A DNA stretch of 63,162 bases, filler included, from Octopus bimaculoides (taxonomy: Eukaryota), in assembly GCF_001194135.2 (NCBI RefSeq). It is 5 parts of 5 records of this genome, joined end to end, with 100 filler letters (N's around TTAATTAATTAA, not from the genome) between each part and the next. Parts side by side here need not be neighbours in the genome. Positions count along the whole stretch, not along the records: positions 27,813 to 48,279 come from NC_068991.1; positions 48,380 to 63,162 come from NC_068985.1; 3 more parts are not named here. One strand, 5' to 3'. A model generated the notes under the pieces. The model did no database searches. It saw nothing but the letters and a program-made list of their open reading frames with translations, and had not been told where the DNA came from. The translations under genes and the position numbers were made by a program. Of this stretch, positions 38,228-51,149 are shown piece after piece (position 1 is the stretch's first letter; each line of letters begins with the position of its first letter).

Positions 38228-38437
38228 AATCCTTTCTACATTAGGCACAAGGCCTGAAATTTGGGGGAGGGGGATTTTCAATTACATCGACTTCAGTACT
38301 CAACTGGTACTTATTTAATCAGCCCCGAAAGGATGAATGGCAAAGTCGACCTCGGCGGAATTTGAGCCCAGAACGTTAACGAATACCGCTACGCATTTCG
38401 CTCGGTGCGCTAACGATTCTGCCAACTCGCCGCCTTC
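38228..38437 (-). mobile_element. SINE (gcggcgagctggcagaa family), full length with flanking target duplication
   Basis: Homologous to 4063; flanked by actgttttaagtaat on both sides. Confidence 0.9.
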
Positions 38438-38462
38438 ACTGTTTTAAGTAATTTTAAGTAAT

Positions 38463-38678
38463 AATTAATTCAAACTTTTGCTACAAGGGCAGCTTGGGGA
38501 AGGTGGGGATGTGTCGATTACATCGACCCTAGTGTTCAAATGGTACTAATTTTATCGACCCCGAAAGAATGAAAGGCAAAGTCGAACTCGGCGGAATTTG
38601 AACTCAGAGCGTAGCGTCGGACGAAATACCGCTAAGCATTTCGTGCAGTGCGCTAAATTCTGCCAGCTCACCACCTTC
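38463..38678 (-). mobile_element. SINE (gcggcgagctggcagaa family), second copy with a different 3' tail
   Basis: Same head and body; the tail matches 57121-57160 rather than the 38228 copy; flanked by actgttttaagtaat. Confidence 0.9.
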
Positions 38679-40147
38679 ACTGTTTTAAGTAATAGTACTC
38701 ATAGATGTAATTCCCATTAAATGTGTTGAGTATTTAAGTCTTCGAAACAAAAATTTGATTAAGGAGTTTTTAAAGGTCAGACGAATTTAAAACTTGAATA
38801 AGATATGACGTCGTAACAACACGAAAAATGTAGATAAATAATTTTTCTCATTTAAATAAAGCGCCAGTGGTTTTGTGGGAAAGAGGTCAATCGAAACCAA
38901 TGCTCCCCAACCCTAACATTAATGCTCAATTGATAGGGGAATTTTTTGGACTCTGAAGAAATAAAAGGGAAAGTTCACATCGGCTTGATTTGAACACAAA
39001 ATGAAAAATTTCAGAATACTGCAAGTCGCGTTTTCCACTTCAGTTACGAGATTTTCTAATTTGCCGTCCATAGCGTTAAATTACAATAGGTTCTGATGTA
39101 TTAGCAAGACCAGCAAATTTGAGAGGAGATAGAATAATCTATACTATCGATCCCATACAAATTGCTACTTTTACGTGTACAAAAAGAGTTATCCGTCTGG
39201 TCCAGTATAATCGTAACAACTTCAAAAAGTGTCCTAACAATAAAATAGAATTTTACTGGGTCAGTTGTCGTTCTTCATTTCGAGGAGATTACGCATAACA
39301 TAAACAAAACGACTACTGCTACACTTCTAACTGTATTTTTGCAAAAGATATCGAGAACTTCGCGAAAGGTTATATATTTTAAACAGCCTAATGAGGACAA
39401 GATTTGATTCTAGAGTTCATCATTTTTAAGCAATACTATGTTTAGTGACATATAAAATTTTGTTAAAAATTAACTAGTGATAGTGATATGTTGAGAAGGA
39501 TTTCCTAAGCAAATCAGAAGTTTTCAGATTTTCTAGTGAAGCATAACAAGAGAGATTATAGTCATAGATAAAATACACTGTAAATTTAATGTCATCGTTC
39601 AGCTTGGAATGACAAAACTTTAATTAATTAATAATAATTATAAAATACTGATACGTAATTTTGTTCAATTATTTAAACTCAGTATTTCACGATATCTGTA
39701 AATACAGTTAAAATGTATAATGTAAATGCCTGCAGTAATTATATATTTATATAGTAACATTTCGTAGGCAATAATTTTGATGAAGATATGATTATAAAGA
39801 TGAGAAAACATGTAATTTACCGAAAATTATTGCTGCAATTAGTGGCAAAAGAGAAAAAATTAAGTAAACAGGCATTTGTAATTCTTGCTAAAGCACTAAT
39901 ACCACACACATTTGGGAAAAGAAACCAGTTAGTGGAAAGGATCATAAGTTTTCTTAGCTTTTATACACTATATTTGTTTCACCATTTGAAATGTTTAGTA
40001 AGAGCATCTTAATGAGAGTAAGAATACCAATGAAATATCGCAAGATAGGAAGTTTGTATGTATATAATTTACAACAACTCAAAATTGTGATTTAATCTTT
40101 TAAAATGATATTGAAAATATATTGGTAAACATTCAAAAAGGACTTAC

Positions 40148-40260
40148 CTCCCTAGCATTAAGCTAGGATTATTTTTTTTGGCTCAGCAGGCACCAATAAT
40201 TTCTTAATGTTCTATTGGGAAAGAAATGGGCTTTTGTTTTCAGGTGTATCATAGCTATGT
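40148..40260 (-). pseudogene. Pseudo-exon, duplicate of 43895-44008
   Basis: Same splice sites (cttgtatacag| and |gtaagtc) but 113 nt; a +1 insertion leads to an in-frame TAG. Confidence 0.65.
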
Positions 40261-41189
40261 CTGTATACAAGTGAGATAATGCGTAAAAATGCAAAAGATT
40301 ATTAATTAAATTATAAAGCTACTCTTTCACAAACAGTTGATTAATACTGGTAATACAATGCTACTGATGTAGAATTGGTTAAAAGTGGAGAATATTTTCT
40401 AAGCATTGCATTCGTGTGCGTTCACTATAAGGAAAAATAATACTTCAAACCGACAAATACCGATATTCTTATAATGAAGGCATGTGCTCGAATTTCTAGA
40501 AATATATTGCTACGGATACATACACATGCACATACACACAGCTATATACTCATGAATACATACATGCATACACACATAAAATATGTCCATCATTCAACCA
40601 CTACCGTAGTTGAATAATATTCTTAAGGTCGACATTTACTCAGCCGTAGCCTTTTCAAAGCTTTGTCACTAACTTATTTCTCAAACGAATCCAAAACTGT
40701 TAACAGTTCGATAATTGTCACCTCCCAAGCTACATTTGGGCATAAAAATATTGAAATTTGGTTTAGTGGAAAATAGGTTACGCTAAAGTATGTGAGGTCC
40801 ATATGAGGAGAGTAAGACTAAAATTCGACTTTGAATCAAAGTAACTTTCTTATTTGAAAGCAAACTATATTGTATTTAAGTGTAAATGATAGAACGAAAC
40901 GAGTGGAATCTAACAATGTCAATTTTATCAAAAGAATCTTTACTATAAAGAAGTTGTGAAGCAAAAAGTACCGAAAAAATGTAAGTATCGCCTTCAATCG
41001 ACTTTCTTAATTTAAAAGCATTCTATATTTTATTTAAACTCAAATGATAAATCAAAACAAGGGAAGTTTAGAAATATTAAATTTATACTATAAAATTGTG
41101 TAGAAAAAAAAGGTATGAGATAAAAAGTGCCAAAACAAAGTAAGTGGCGCTAGGTCTTGCGCCTATATAGAAGAAAGTATTAAACTATA

Positions 41190-41318
41190 TAAATGGTCTG
41201 ATCAATAAGTATCCGGACTGTTTCCATAGTAACGAAGCTAAAGTAGGCAGAATGAAGCCGCTTGGCACAGATTGATCATGATTTCTGATGTGCATGCGCA
41301 CTAAGTTTTAACGTTGCG
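41190..41318 (+). mobile_element. 5' end of a mariner-like element
   Basis: TA followed by ..ggtctgatcaataagtatccggact, a mariner-type TIR; truncated by a SINE tail at 41320. Confidence 0.45.
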
Positions 41319-41771
41319 TACAGGGATCGATCTTATCGACTGGCCCCCTACCCAAAAAATTCGGGCCTTGTGCCTAGAGTAGAAAAGAATATGTTGGCAA
41401 TCTAACACTGCTTCAAGTGCAACATCAAGTTGTAAATACGCACCATCTTACTAGTATAAATATATATTTATTAATTAATTCTAATAATTTTCTCTACATT
41501 CACACATTTTCTAATCTTAGTTACAATTTTTAATTTTATCATGAACCAGTGTAACTAACGCGCGCTTATAACTCATTTTTAATTTATTAAAATTAATGCT
41601 TATTCTTATTTTAATTCAATCACCAAACATGAAAAATAATTAAAAATTATTTAACAAAAGTATTAAACAAAATGAAAAAAATTTTATCAGGTAAAATTAT
41701 AANNNNNNNNNNNNNNNNNNNNNNNNNNNNNNNNACCATTTATTGATTTAATTGAATTGTCTGGGAAAAAG

Positions 41772-42719
41772 TGGATTACAATGAAAAATGTGGACGCATG
41801 GAGGTTAATATTCTTAAGTTATTGAACCTCAAAAAATACAGGACAAGTTATTACATCTGGAAAAGTACGAAACAAGCATATTTATACTTAAAATATTGCA
41901 GCTATAGTTAAAATTCAATGATATATCTAGATTTAAAAACTAAAAATGATAGCTTTTATTCGCTACTCTATAATTAAGAAATTAACTCAAATAATAAATT
42001 TAAGACTAACTGTTAGCAAAAATTTTTTAAATTTCCAAAGCCCCATTAAAATGTTTTTTCAATTACAAGTTTTTAAATACTCCCATATCTGTACGGAGTG
42101 GGTATATTGAGGGATTTATCTCGCCCGGCATTTATATACCGTTCGGACTATGTAGACCCTCGCCAAGAATAAATTTTTTATATGGTATACTACCCTGCCA
42201 AGCAAAAAATTTAATCAGAAAGATATTTTAATCAGAAAGATATTTTCCTTTCCGGAAAATATCACTGTACCCTCCCCTAAGCCTCAATCCTACCATAAAC
42301 GTATCATTTGAATTTTTCTTTTTGAAATTTCCATAAGACCAGCCTTGTAGTGTCTTTATCAATGAATTATATTGTGCCAACTTTTATCAAAAAGATGAGA
42401 AAAAAAGAAATATCACTTGAATACTACTTAAGAAGTAGTTCTTAAAAACTTGTAATTAAAAAAACATTTTTAATGGGGTTATTGGAATTGTTTAATGTTT
42501 TGCTAACAGTTAGCCTTCAGTTTATTATTTGAGTTAATTTTTTAATTATAGAATAGCTAATAAAAGCTATTATTTTTAGTTTTTAAATCTAAATATATTT
42601 CTTTTATTTCAACTATAGCTGCAATATTTTAAGTATAAATATATATGTCCTGTATTTTTCCAGGTTTAATAACTTAAGAATATCAACCTCGATGCGTCCG
42701 CATTTTTTATTGTAATACA
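41772..42719. mobile_element. ~950-bp foldback/MITE with ~300-bp imperfect terminal inverted repeats
   Basis: 41772-42075 is the reverse complement of ~42440-42719 (e.g. cttaaaatattgcagctatagtt / aactatagctgcaatattttaag). Confidence 0.85.
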
Positions 42720-42872
42720 TATGTTATAGAATGCAATCCGTCAAAAGAATAATACTGGCAAATTAAAGAATCTACAGCCATGTGAATGTCATAACCACAT
42801 AATATTCTCAAGAATACTGACGGATTATCACTGCCAAGATTTCCATAATATCAAACAGAGCAGAAAGGATCT

Positions 42873-42912
<40 letters not shown>

Positions 42913-43189
42913 CAGACAGACAGACAGGCACACACAGACACACACACACACACACACAGAAGGAGAGAGTGAAAAGAGAGTGAAAGGGAGAGAAATGTGG
43001 TGTGACCTCTGTCTGAGCGTAAAATTGAGAATTTTGACTCAAGGTAGTTATAGTTTGAACAAAGGAACTGACTGTTAAGGCTCTGTGTGCCCACGGCCAA
43101 GTATTTTTTACATATATATATATATGGAATGGAGGACAAATTTCAAGGGTCAAATCCATTTATCAAATTAAATCACTTCGCATTCATAA

Positions 43190-43369
43190 TTGAATAAAAT
43201 TACAACATGGTCTGGTTTTTACGTTTTTATTATTGTATTAAAAAAAAAACTCTTTTCCGAAGTTAAACATTAAAAAACAAAATTTTGTAATGTTCATAAA
43301 GTTCAAACATTGCTTTTAAATACAATGATAAAAAACCTGAAAACCAGACCATGCTGTAATTTTATTCAA
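43190..43369. mobile_element. 180-bp MITE-like inverted repeat with ~55-bp arms
   Basis: ttgaataaaattacaacatggtctggtttt ... aaaaccagaccatgctgtaattttattcaa. Confidence 0.75.
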
Positions 43370-43894
43370 CTGATGTATTATTCAATACACACTCACACAA
43401 ATTCGTAATACATACATACATACATGTATGTATGTATGCATGTATGTATGTATGTATGTATGTATGTGTGTATGTATATATAGCAGCATTTTGTAGGCAA
43501 TAAACATGATGAAAATATGATGATAAAACATGAGAAAACATGTAAGTTAGCGATCAATGTCAATTTAATTATTACTTCAAATGATGGCAAAATGGAAAGA
43601 AGTAAATGAGCATTAGTAACTCTCGTTAAAACACAAATATGGAACCAAAATGTGAAAAGAAACCAGTTTGTGGAAAGAATCGTAAGTTTTCTTAGCTCTA
43701 ATAAGCTATATTTGTTTTGCAATAACATCTCCATCATATGATATTATGAAGTTATAGTATCTTAATGCGAGTAAAAATGCCAATGACATCACGATACGAA
43801 GTTTATGTCTATATAATCTATTACAACTCAAAATTGTGATTATTTTTGAAAAATAATATTGAAAATATATTGATAAAAAATGAAAATGACTTAC

Positions 43895-44008
43895 TTCCAC
43901 AGAATCAAGCGTCGGCCGCTCTGTTGTAGATTCAACAGGCACCAATGATCTCTTAACGTCCTGTTGGGAAAGAAAGGGCTTTTGTTTTCAGGTGTGTCAT
44001 AACTAAAT
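43895..44008 (-). CDS. 114-nt symmetric (phase 2-2) coding exon of an unidentified gene (FSYDTPENKSPFFPNRTLRDHWCLLNLQQSGRRLILW)
   Basis: atttcacttgtatacag| acceptor, |gtaagt donor, open frame, and mostly synonymous divergence from its duplicate. Confidence 0.65.
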
Positions 44009-44272
44009 CTGTATACAAGTGAAATACTGCGTAAAAATGCAAGAGATTATTAATTAACTGATATAGTTACTCTTTCACAAACCGTTGACTAATACTGGCA
44101 ACACGCTGGTGTTGATGTGGCGTTGGAGTATATTCTCTAAGTATTACATTCGAGTTCGTTCACTATAAAGGAAAATAATAATTCAAACCGACAAATACCG
44201 ATATTCTTATAATGAAGGCATGTGCTCGAATTTCCAGCAATATATTGCTACGGATACATAAACATGCACATA

Positions 44273-44369
44273 CGAGAGGTGTGGCTGTGAGGTAAGAAGT
44301 CTCCTTTCCAATCACATGGTTTGGTTTCACTCCCAATGCATGGATTCTTTGACAGATGCCTTCTATATG

Positions 44370-44411
<42 letters not shown>

Positions 44412-44594
44412 GTAAGAGAGAGAGAGGACGGACGGGCTTCTTTAAGTTTCCGTCTACCAAATCCACACACAAGGCTTTGGTATGCCCGGAGCTAGATTAG
44501 TAAACAAATTTTCCCAAGGTGCTACACCGTGAGACCAAATCTAAAACCTCACGTTTTGAAAGCAAGCTTTGTGCTATACAGCCACGCCTGCGTC
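44273..44594. mobile_element. Tail-to-tail pair of gtggctgtgtggtaagaagc-family SINEs
   Basis: A + strand 5' part at 44273-44368, a microsatellite, then a - strand copy at 44430-44594. Confidence 0.7.
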
Positions 44595-44600
44595 TCTATA

Positions 44601-45285
44601 CACGTGGCGCATTCCAGAAGTTTGAGAAGCCCTTTTAGGAGATGCATTTATAACAATTCTAGATTATTGCAATTTTAGTATAGCATTGATATACATCTAA
44701 TAAGCTGACCTAACTTTTATCATTCCAGATTGGAGTTAACAGCACTATTAACACAACCTACTAAACCGTACTTGTCACAGCTGACTAGTTTTGCAGAACG
44801 TGAAGACAATTCGGTAGCTCTCGTTTTTCGACAGCAAGGGTATTGTCTGGCCAGGAGGCCAACAAACAGTACATTGTTTGAGGGAGTTCAAATTTTGAGG
44901 GAGTTCAGGGAGTGATTTCATCGCAAAAAGCCGTAGTACCTGCACGATGACAATGCACCAGTCCACAATCCCATCCTGGTGGTAGCGTACTACATGACAA
45001 AGATGGGTATCAGAACTGTCATTTACCCTACCTACAATCCAGAACTTGGCCTCTGTGGATTTTGATTGTTCTTCAAGCTGAAGAAAATGGAAGAGGTTGT
45101 GACAAGTATCCTGGACTCCTTCATTTGAAAGACTTCCATTGGACTTTACGAAGTGGCTCGTGCTCTACAGCGAATACTTTTGAAGACAGAGGGTCCTATT
45201 TTAAAGAGAATTAGAGTTTTGTGCTTCATTAAAATCAATATATATTTTCCCTGAGAAAGTCTCAACACTTCTGAAATGCACCTTG
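44601..45285 (+). mobile_element. Internally deleted mariner (DD34D) element with both TIRs
   Basis: LHDDNAPVH..LV..YMTKMGIRTV.YPTYNPELGLCGF.LFFKLK. TIRs cacgtggcgcattccagaagtttgaga / tctcaacacttctgaaatgcaccttg; TA on the left flank. Confidence 0.8.
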
Positions 45286-45599
45286 CATATATATATATAT
45301 NNNNNNNNNNNNNNNNNNNNNNNNNNNNNNNNNNNNNNNNNNNNNNNNNNNNNNNNNNNNNNNNNNNNNNNNNNNNNNNNNNNNNNNNNNNNNNNNNNNN
45401 NNNNNNNNNNNNNNNNNNNNNNNNNNNNNNNNNNNNNNNNNNNNNNNNNNNNNNNNNNNNNNNNNNNNNNNNNNNNNNNNNNNNNNNNNNNNNNNNNNNN
45501 NNNNNNNNNNNNNNNNNNNNNNNNNNNNNNNNNNNNNNNNNNNNNNNNNNNNTTATTAATATTTCTAAGTCTCTCTAAAGGAGACTACGGCAGTGGCTT

Positions 45600-47600
45600 G
45601 GCGATAACTATATATATATATATATATATATTAAGTAATAAATCATATGTGTACACCCGGTAGCTTACCAGTAAAGCATGTTCACTTTCTTCACTTTCAC
45701 AGTGTTCGTTGGGTATTTGAATAATGAGAGGCGGAAGATGGAAGATACGAGAATGTTTATTAATCACTACAATTACTTCGACCCATCTAGCATCGATCCC
45801 TCACGGATACTTAACAACTGATTTAGGAGCAGCTGACTGTGTAGATATGTATCTTCGGATGATTACAAAGATGTATCCCGTTAAAATAAAGAATGTTCTG
45901 CAGGATATATTCTCGGTTTGCGTATAGGAAAGCAGCAGATTAAAGGATACAGCTTAATTTTTATATAAGATAAGTAATAAATAACAGATGCAAAACGTAA
46001 CGAATACACAATAGAGCGAAAAATATATTAAATATAACTGTTAACAGATATGGATGTATAAACGCCCTCGCTTAGGTTGCATGGCGCACGTACACTTACT
46101 CGTACAAGTATCCATGAAGATGTAAGCATACACACACGGCTGGATTGGTGCACATATGCTCACTCATTAAATTAAATAGCTACTTATTGTTTATAAGAAT
46201 GGAGAGGCAAGAGTTAAATTTAATTCATCCATACCTTAAAGTGAATTATTATTATTATTAAATTGGTTAACGGTTAATCAAATTCATTCCCACTGCATTG
46301 TGCAAAAGTGCATTTATAAGCATGTAAGAATCTTGAAAGTTTTTCAGAAATTCTGTTAATGATCACAAAGTAGAGAAGGCTTCCTAGGAGCAGAGTCTGC
46401 ATCTCCTAGAAAGGATATTATATGGTTCTGCGTGCCTTGTCATGGACCATGTTAGAACATATTTAATTTTATCTTCCTTAAATCGCCACCCAGAATCAGT
46501 CAAAGATATTGAATGTCTCTTGTTGATTTTCTTGCTGGTGACATCGGTGCGATAACAATTCTTGAATAAATCAGCCGTTACCCCATTGTAAACGTACAGT
46601 CCTCCCCTTTTGTGTACTGTACATTTAAATACAAGATTCATATTCATACATAGGTTCATCAACGGGCACTTTGATTTTTCTCTGCATGAGCATTCATTAG
46701 GTTTAGTTGTATATGTAGTAGTTCTAACTTAATTTCCTGACGCTGTTATTGTGTTGGTTATATCACTATTACTTCTACCATCAAGTTGTGGCCAAAGCGG
46801 GCGTTTTTCATTCTGTTTTATATCTCGTCTCTTGTTATTTTGATCTATATGGTTGTTGTCTTTTCTATTTGTCGAGCTGGAAGTAGTTCACGCGTCATAA
46901 GTTATAGTTCCAGTAAGTGGATTATTGGACGGTCGGCTCATTTTACTGTTATTAATGCGGCGCATATGCTGCTCTAAATTAGTAGATTTAGCGTATGGTA
47001 CCTTCGCTGTGTATCTATTAAAAATAGTATGGTATCTATTTGATTTAGAGAAACTTTTGTCTAAAGTGACAAAAGATTCCCTAGCGATCTTCGTTGAAAC
47101 ATGTGAACCGTGGATTGGGTTGTTCCAGAAGACATCTTGATTCTTATATTTGTTGTTTGGCTTATTTGTTCTGGTGTGTTGTACCGAGTTGGGACAATTT
47201 ATTGTGTTCTGAGTAACAGTATTATTGCCTTGTGTGTATCTGAGTTTTGCTTCGTAGTTTATTGTTTTGACTAGTTCTTTTTAATTTGTATATTCTACCT
47301 AAGTCTGTACGCTTACTGCAACATTATGTTGGTGTGTAATGTGTATTATTAGTGGAAGAATTGACAGAGTTGTGTATACCTGTGTCTTGTATGTATTGAA
47401 TTTTCTCTTGATAGCCAGCCCTAGCTAAAGCAATATAATTCGGGTGAGAAACTTGTAAGGTGCATTTAATTGTTCTTATGCCGTTGTTTGGTATTCACAA
47501 GTTATTTTACAGTTCGTTATATTTAAAGGCTGGATACATATGTGGAATATTCCTCTTTGCATAAGATTAATATAAGAATGATATAACACAAGGGCGATAA
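45600..47600 (-). mobile_element. Penelope-like element (RT thumb, GIY-YIG and 3' region), decayed
   Basis: Minus strand VFWNNP..VSTKIA.E....LDKSF..NRYHTIFNR.TAKVPY, then CSCREKSKCPL..C..LVFKCTV..VYNGVT..FK..Y, then WS....EPYN..SRRCRLC. Confidence 0.85.
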
Positions 47601-48243
47601 GGGATACCAAGCTTTAATCACATTTGTTTCTACACCGCACACCAGCTTTATGCTGCTGAATTTATATTCACATGCCATTATACAAGATTATTCTTTATAA
47701 TTGCTATATAGTTGTGACACTCAACGGGTCGAATACAATTAAGTTCTGCTGGATTTTTCTGAATTTTTGGGGTATGTGATGTGTGATGTGCATTAATTTC
47801 CAGTGGGAACATAAGCAAAATAAAAAAGATAATATTACAATAGCACTAACAACAATTACAATAACAATCAAGGCGAACTTACTAATATGAGTACCATGAA
47901 GGTGTCCAGTGTTGGAAGGAAATGTGTCCAGTGATATTTAACGACTGAGCAACACGTTTGAAAACTCCAAGTTTATTATTGTCAGTAAATAAAAATATAA
48001 GTTTTAGCAAGTTTTAGACTCGAGTATATAACAGAAAAGAATGCTTTATATGGAACATGAGCATGAAGAAAAAAAACTTAAATAGTCCTTATATTATCTA
48101 ATTATCATTGTGAGAAAAATGAAAACTAAGGCAGAATACAATTATGGATAAAAGCTTACTATCAAGTTAATGCCATCATACACAATGGATTAACAAAAAT
48201 TCAATTAATTAAAAGTAATTAGAAAATAATGATACATAAATAA

Positions 48244-48279
<36 letters not shown>

Positions 48280-48379
48280 NNNNNNNNNNNNNNNNNNNNN
48301 NNNNNNNNNNNNNNNNNNNNNNNTTAATTAATTAANNNNNNNNNNNNNNNNNNNNNNNNNNNNNNNNNNNNNNNNNNNN

Positions 48380-48449
<70 letters not shown>

Positions 48450-49044
48450 TATGTTAGTATTACAATATAAAGTTTCACACACTTACACACACGCACACAC
48501 CCATACACTCACATGCACTCACACATACATAAATATAAATTTGGAGGGTATATGAATGTAGCGAGCTTGCAGATCCGTAAGTCATTTGGATAGGATATCC
48601 AACAGCATAGATTTCGAATCTGTGTTGTGAATTCTCATCCCTCTGAACTCAACTTTGCCTTGCATTCTTTCGAGTTTGATCAAAAGAAATACTTATCTGC
48701 GAAGGTGAAATGACGGGAATGTTAGAGGGACAATCGAGCAAGGTGATTTGCACTGTCTCTTGTCGCTCTTAGCACGTGACAGAAACACTTGTGACGAAAT
48801 TGGTACCAGGTTTCATCCCTTCAAGTGGGCGGCCTTCGTCTAGGACAAATATTGGCACAGTAGGAAGCAGACAGGTGACTGCAACTACCTTTTTTCTTTT
48901 TGATATATAGCTCCAACCACTACATGATTGTACAGCATAGGCGAACAATCCTAAAAATATAGAAATAGTCAACTGTTGCTCTATAAATATAATGGTTTCT
49001 AATTTTAGACATGACGACGGCAATTTTAAGGGAGGTGTATCAGT

Positions 49045-49210
49045 CAATACGATTGAACGCGGTACTTCATTAATATTTTATTGAGTCTCATGAGGACGGA
49101 TGGCAAAGTTTTCCTCGGCAGCATTCGAACTCAGAACGTGAATAGCCGAAACAAATATTGCAAATCACTTAAATGTGATGCTCTGATGCATCTACAGCTC
49201 ACTGCCTTAT
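49045..49210 (-). mobile_element. Diverged gcggcgagctggcagaa-family SINE
   Basis: ggcaaagttttcctcggcagcattcgaactcagaacg; similar old copies at 38870-39070, 48560-48720 and 59770-59910. Confidence 0.6.
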
Positions 49211-49289
49211 GTGCTACGTTAATAATTTTTGTTAATATAGGAAAAATTATGTAAATTAGGAAGAAGATCAGTTGCATAAAATTACCTCG

Positions 49290-49434
49290 AGGTGCTTTGC
49301 AGCCAAGTGGTTGCGAGTACAGTCCCAGTGAGTGGCACCTTGAGAAACTGTCCTCTACTATAGCTCTGAGTCGACTGATGCACAGTAAGTGAATTTAGTT
49401 GACAGAAACTTGTGGAAGCCCTTCGCATTTATCT

Positions 49435-49440
<6 letters not shown>
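49290..49440 (+). mobile_element. Diverged gtggctgtgtggtaagaagc-family SINE
   Basis: cagtcccagtgagtggcaccttgagaaactgtcctctactatagc..gaatttagttgacagaaactt..gaagccc. Confidence 0.55.
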
Positions 49441-49478
<38 letters not shown>

Positions 49479-51149
49479 NNNNNNNNNNNNNNNNNNNNNN
49501 NNNNNNNNNNNNNNNNNNNNNNNNNNNNNNNNNNNNNNNNNNNNNNNNNNNNNNNNNNNNNNNNNNNNNNNNNNNNNNNNNNNNNNNNNNNNNNNNNNNN
49601 NNNNNNNNNNNNNNNNNNNNNNNNNNNNNNNNNNNNNNNNNNNNNNNNNNNNNNNNNNNNNNNNNNNNNNNNNNNNNNNNNNNNNNNNNNNNNNNNNNNN
49701 NNNNNNNNNNNNNNNNNNNNNNNNNNNNNNNNNNNNNNNNNNNNNNNNNNNNNNNNNNNNNNNNNNNNNNNNNNNNNNNNNNNNNNNNNNNNNNNNNNNN
49801 NNNNNNNNNNNNNNNNNNNNNNNNNNNNNNNNNNNNNNNNNNNNNNNNNNNNNNNNNNNNNNNNNNNNNNNNNNNNNNNNNNNNNNNNNNNNNNNNNNNN
49901 ACAACAATATTTAGCAACCATTATGGAACATGAATGTTTTAAATCTGAAGATAATATTTAACAAAATTAGAGAATTTTTTTTTTAACTTGGCCAACGTGG
50001 TGTGCAACGTAGTGTGTGATACAGTTTCCACTTAATTGACTGCGGAAACGCTTCACCGTTAGAATTTGCTAATTCCGTCGTTTTTAAATATAGAACCGTT
50101 GTTGTTCTTCAGTGAAAATAAATCAATTTTTATAGGACTAAATTATACATGAAACACCAAATTTCCTCCTTGCCGATCTGTTATGCTCAACGAATTTTAA
50201 GTACGGTCGATCTAGAGAATTTGTTAGGTGATTCAGCACTACCTATACACGCATCCGTTTTTGAATAGTCATCGTAGATATAAGCAGACTTCAAAAGTCT
50301 TCTAAACGTATTCAGATAATTATTTTATTTATTTGTATTATTCATATATTTTAAACATGCAGAATTGTATTTTAGAAGAGGTCATTCGGACAAATAATTA
50401 AATTATAGGGAATAAATAAAATAATGTATTAATTTTGAAAATAGAAATATTTCCAATATCAGCTATAAATCATTTCGTTTGATGATAATATCAACTGTTT
50501 ATAGGAAGTATCGATAGAGATAGCTTGAGATATATAAATCTAAAAAAAAGAACGAAATATACCAGTTGATTTCGAAAGAGGATATTTAATATTTTACTTA
50601 CGAACGCGTAATTATACTATTGATAGGAATTTCTACATAGAAGATGGTAATTGAAGAAAGCTATTTGGCTTTATAATGCGAGGAGAGAAGTCAGTTCCTG
50701 ATAGTCAATTGCATTGAATAGCTCATTGGGATCGTGACTCTATCCTTCAAACCGTCAGAATTCTTTCAAATTCTCTACAGTAATGACAAAACCATATAAT
50801 TATGAAAAAGTTATAAACCTTTAAACGCTTGAAATTTTAGCCAACCAGAAGCCTCCGTTATCGACATTAAGAAATCGCAATCTTCAGGTGTTGCCAATAT
50901 GAAAATATTAACTTACTGAAACCTTGAAAGATTTCTCTTTTCTTTCTTTCTTTTCTTCTTTTTGTTTTGGAAATAAATAAAAGCAAATTTATTGCAAGGA
51001 AATCTAAAAACACAACATTTAAATACGGAAAGGAAAAAGAAAATATAATGACATTTTCCAAAACGAGAATAGAAAGAAAAGACAATAATCACAAAACTGT
51101 GATATGCGCTCAGTGTTTCAAAGCGTAGCACGTTTCATTTCTTAGGTGC

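Noticed and set aside
45765-45815. Possible hammerhead at the 3' end of the 46-kb Penelope element
   Set aside because: Both core halves are mutated (CCG-UGA, GAAG); too degenerate to call without a consensus.
48769-48900. Protein-like frames (VPIFVLDEGRPLEGMKPG on minus; GFIPSSGRPSS on plus)
   Set aside because: Weak acceptors and ambiguous strand.
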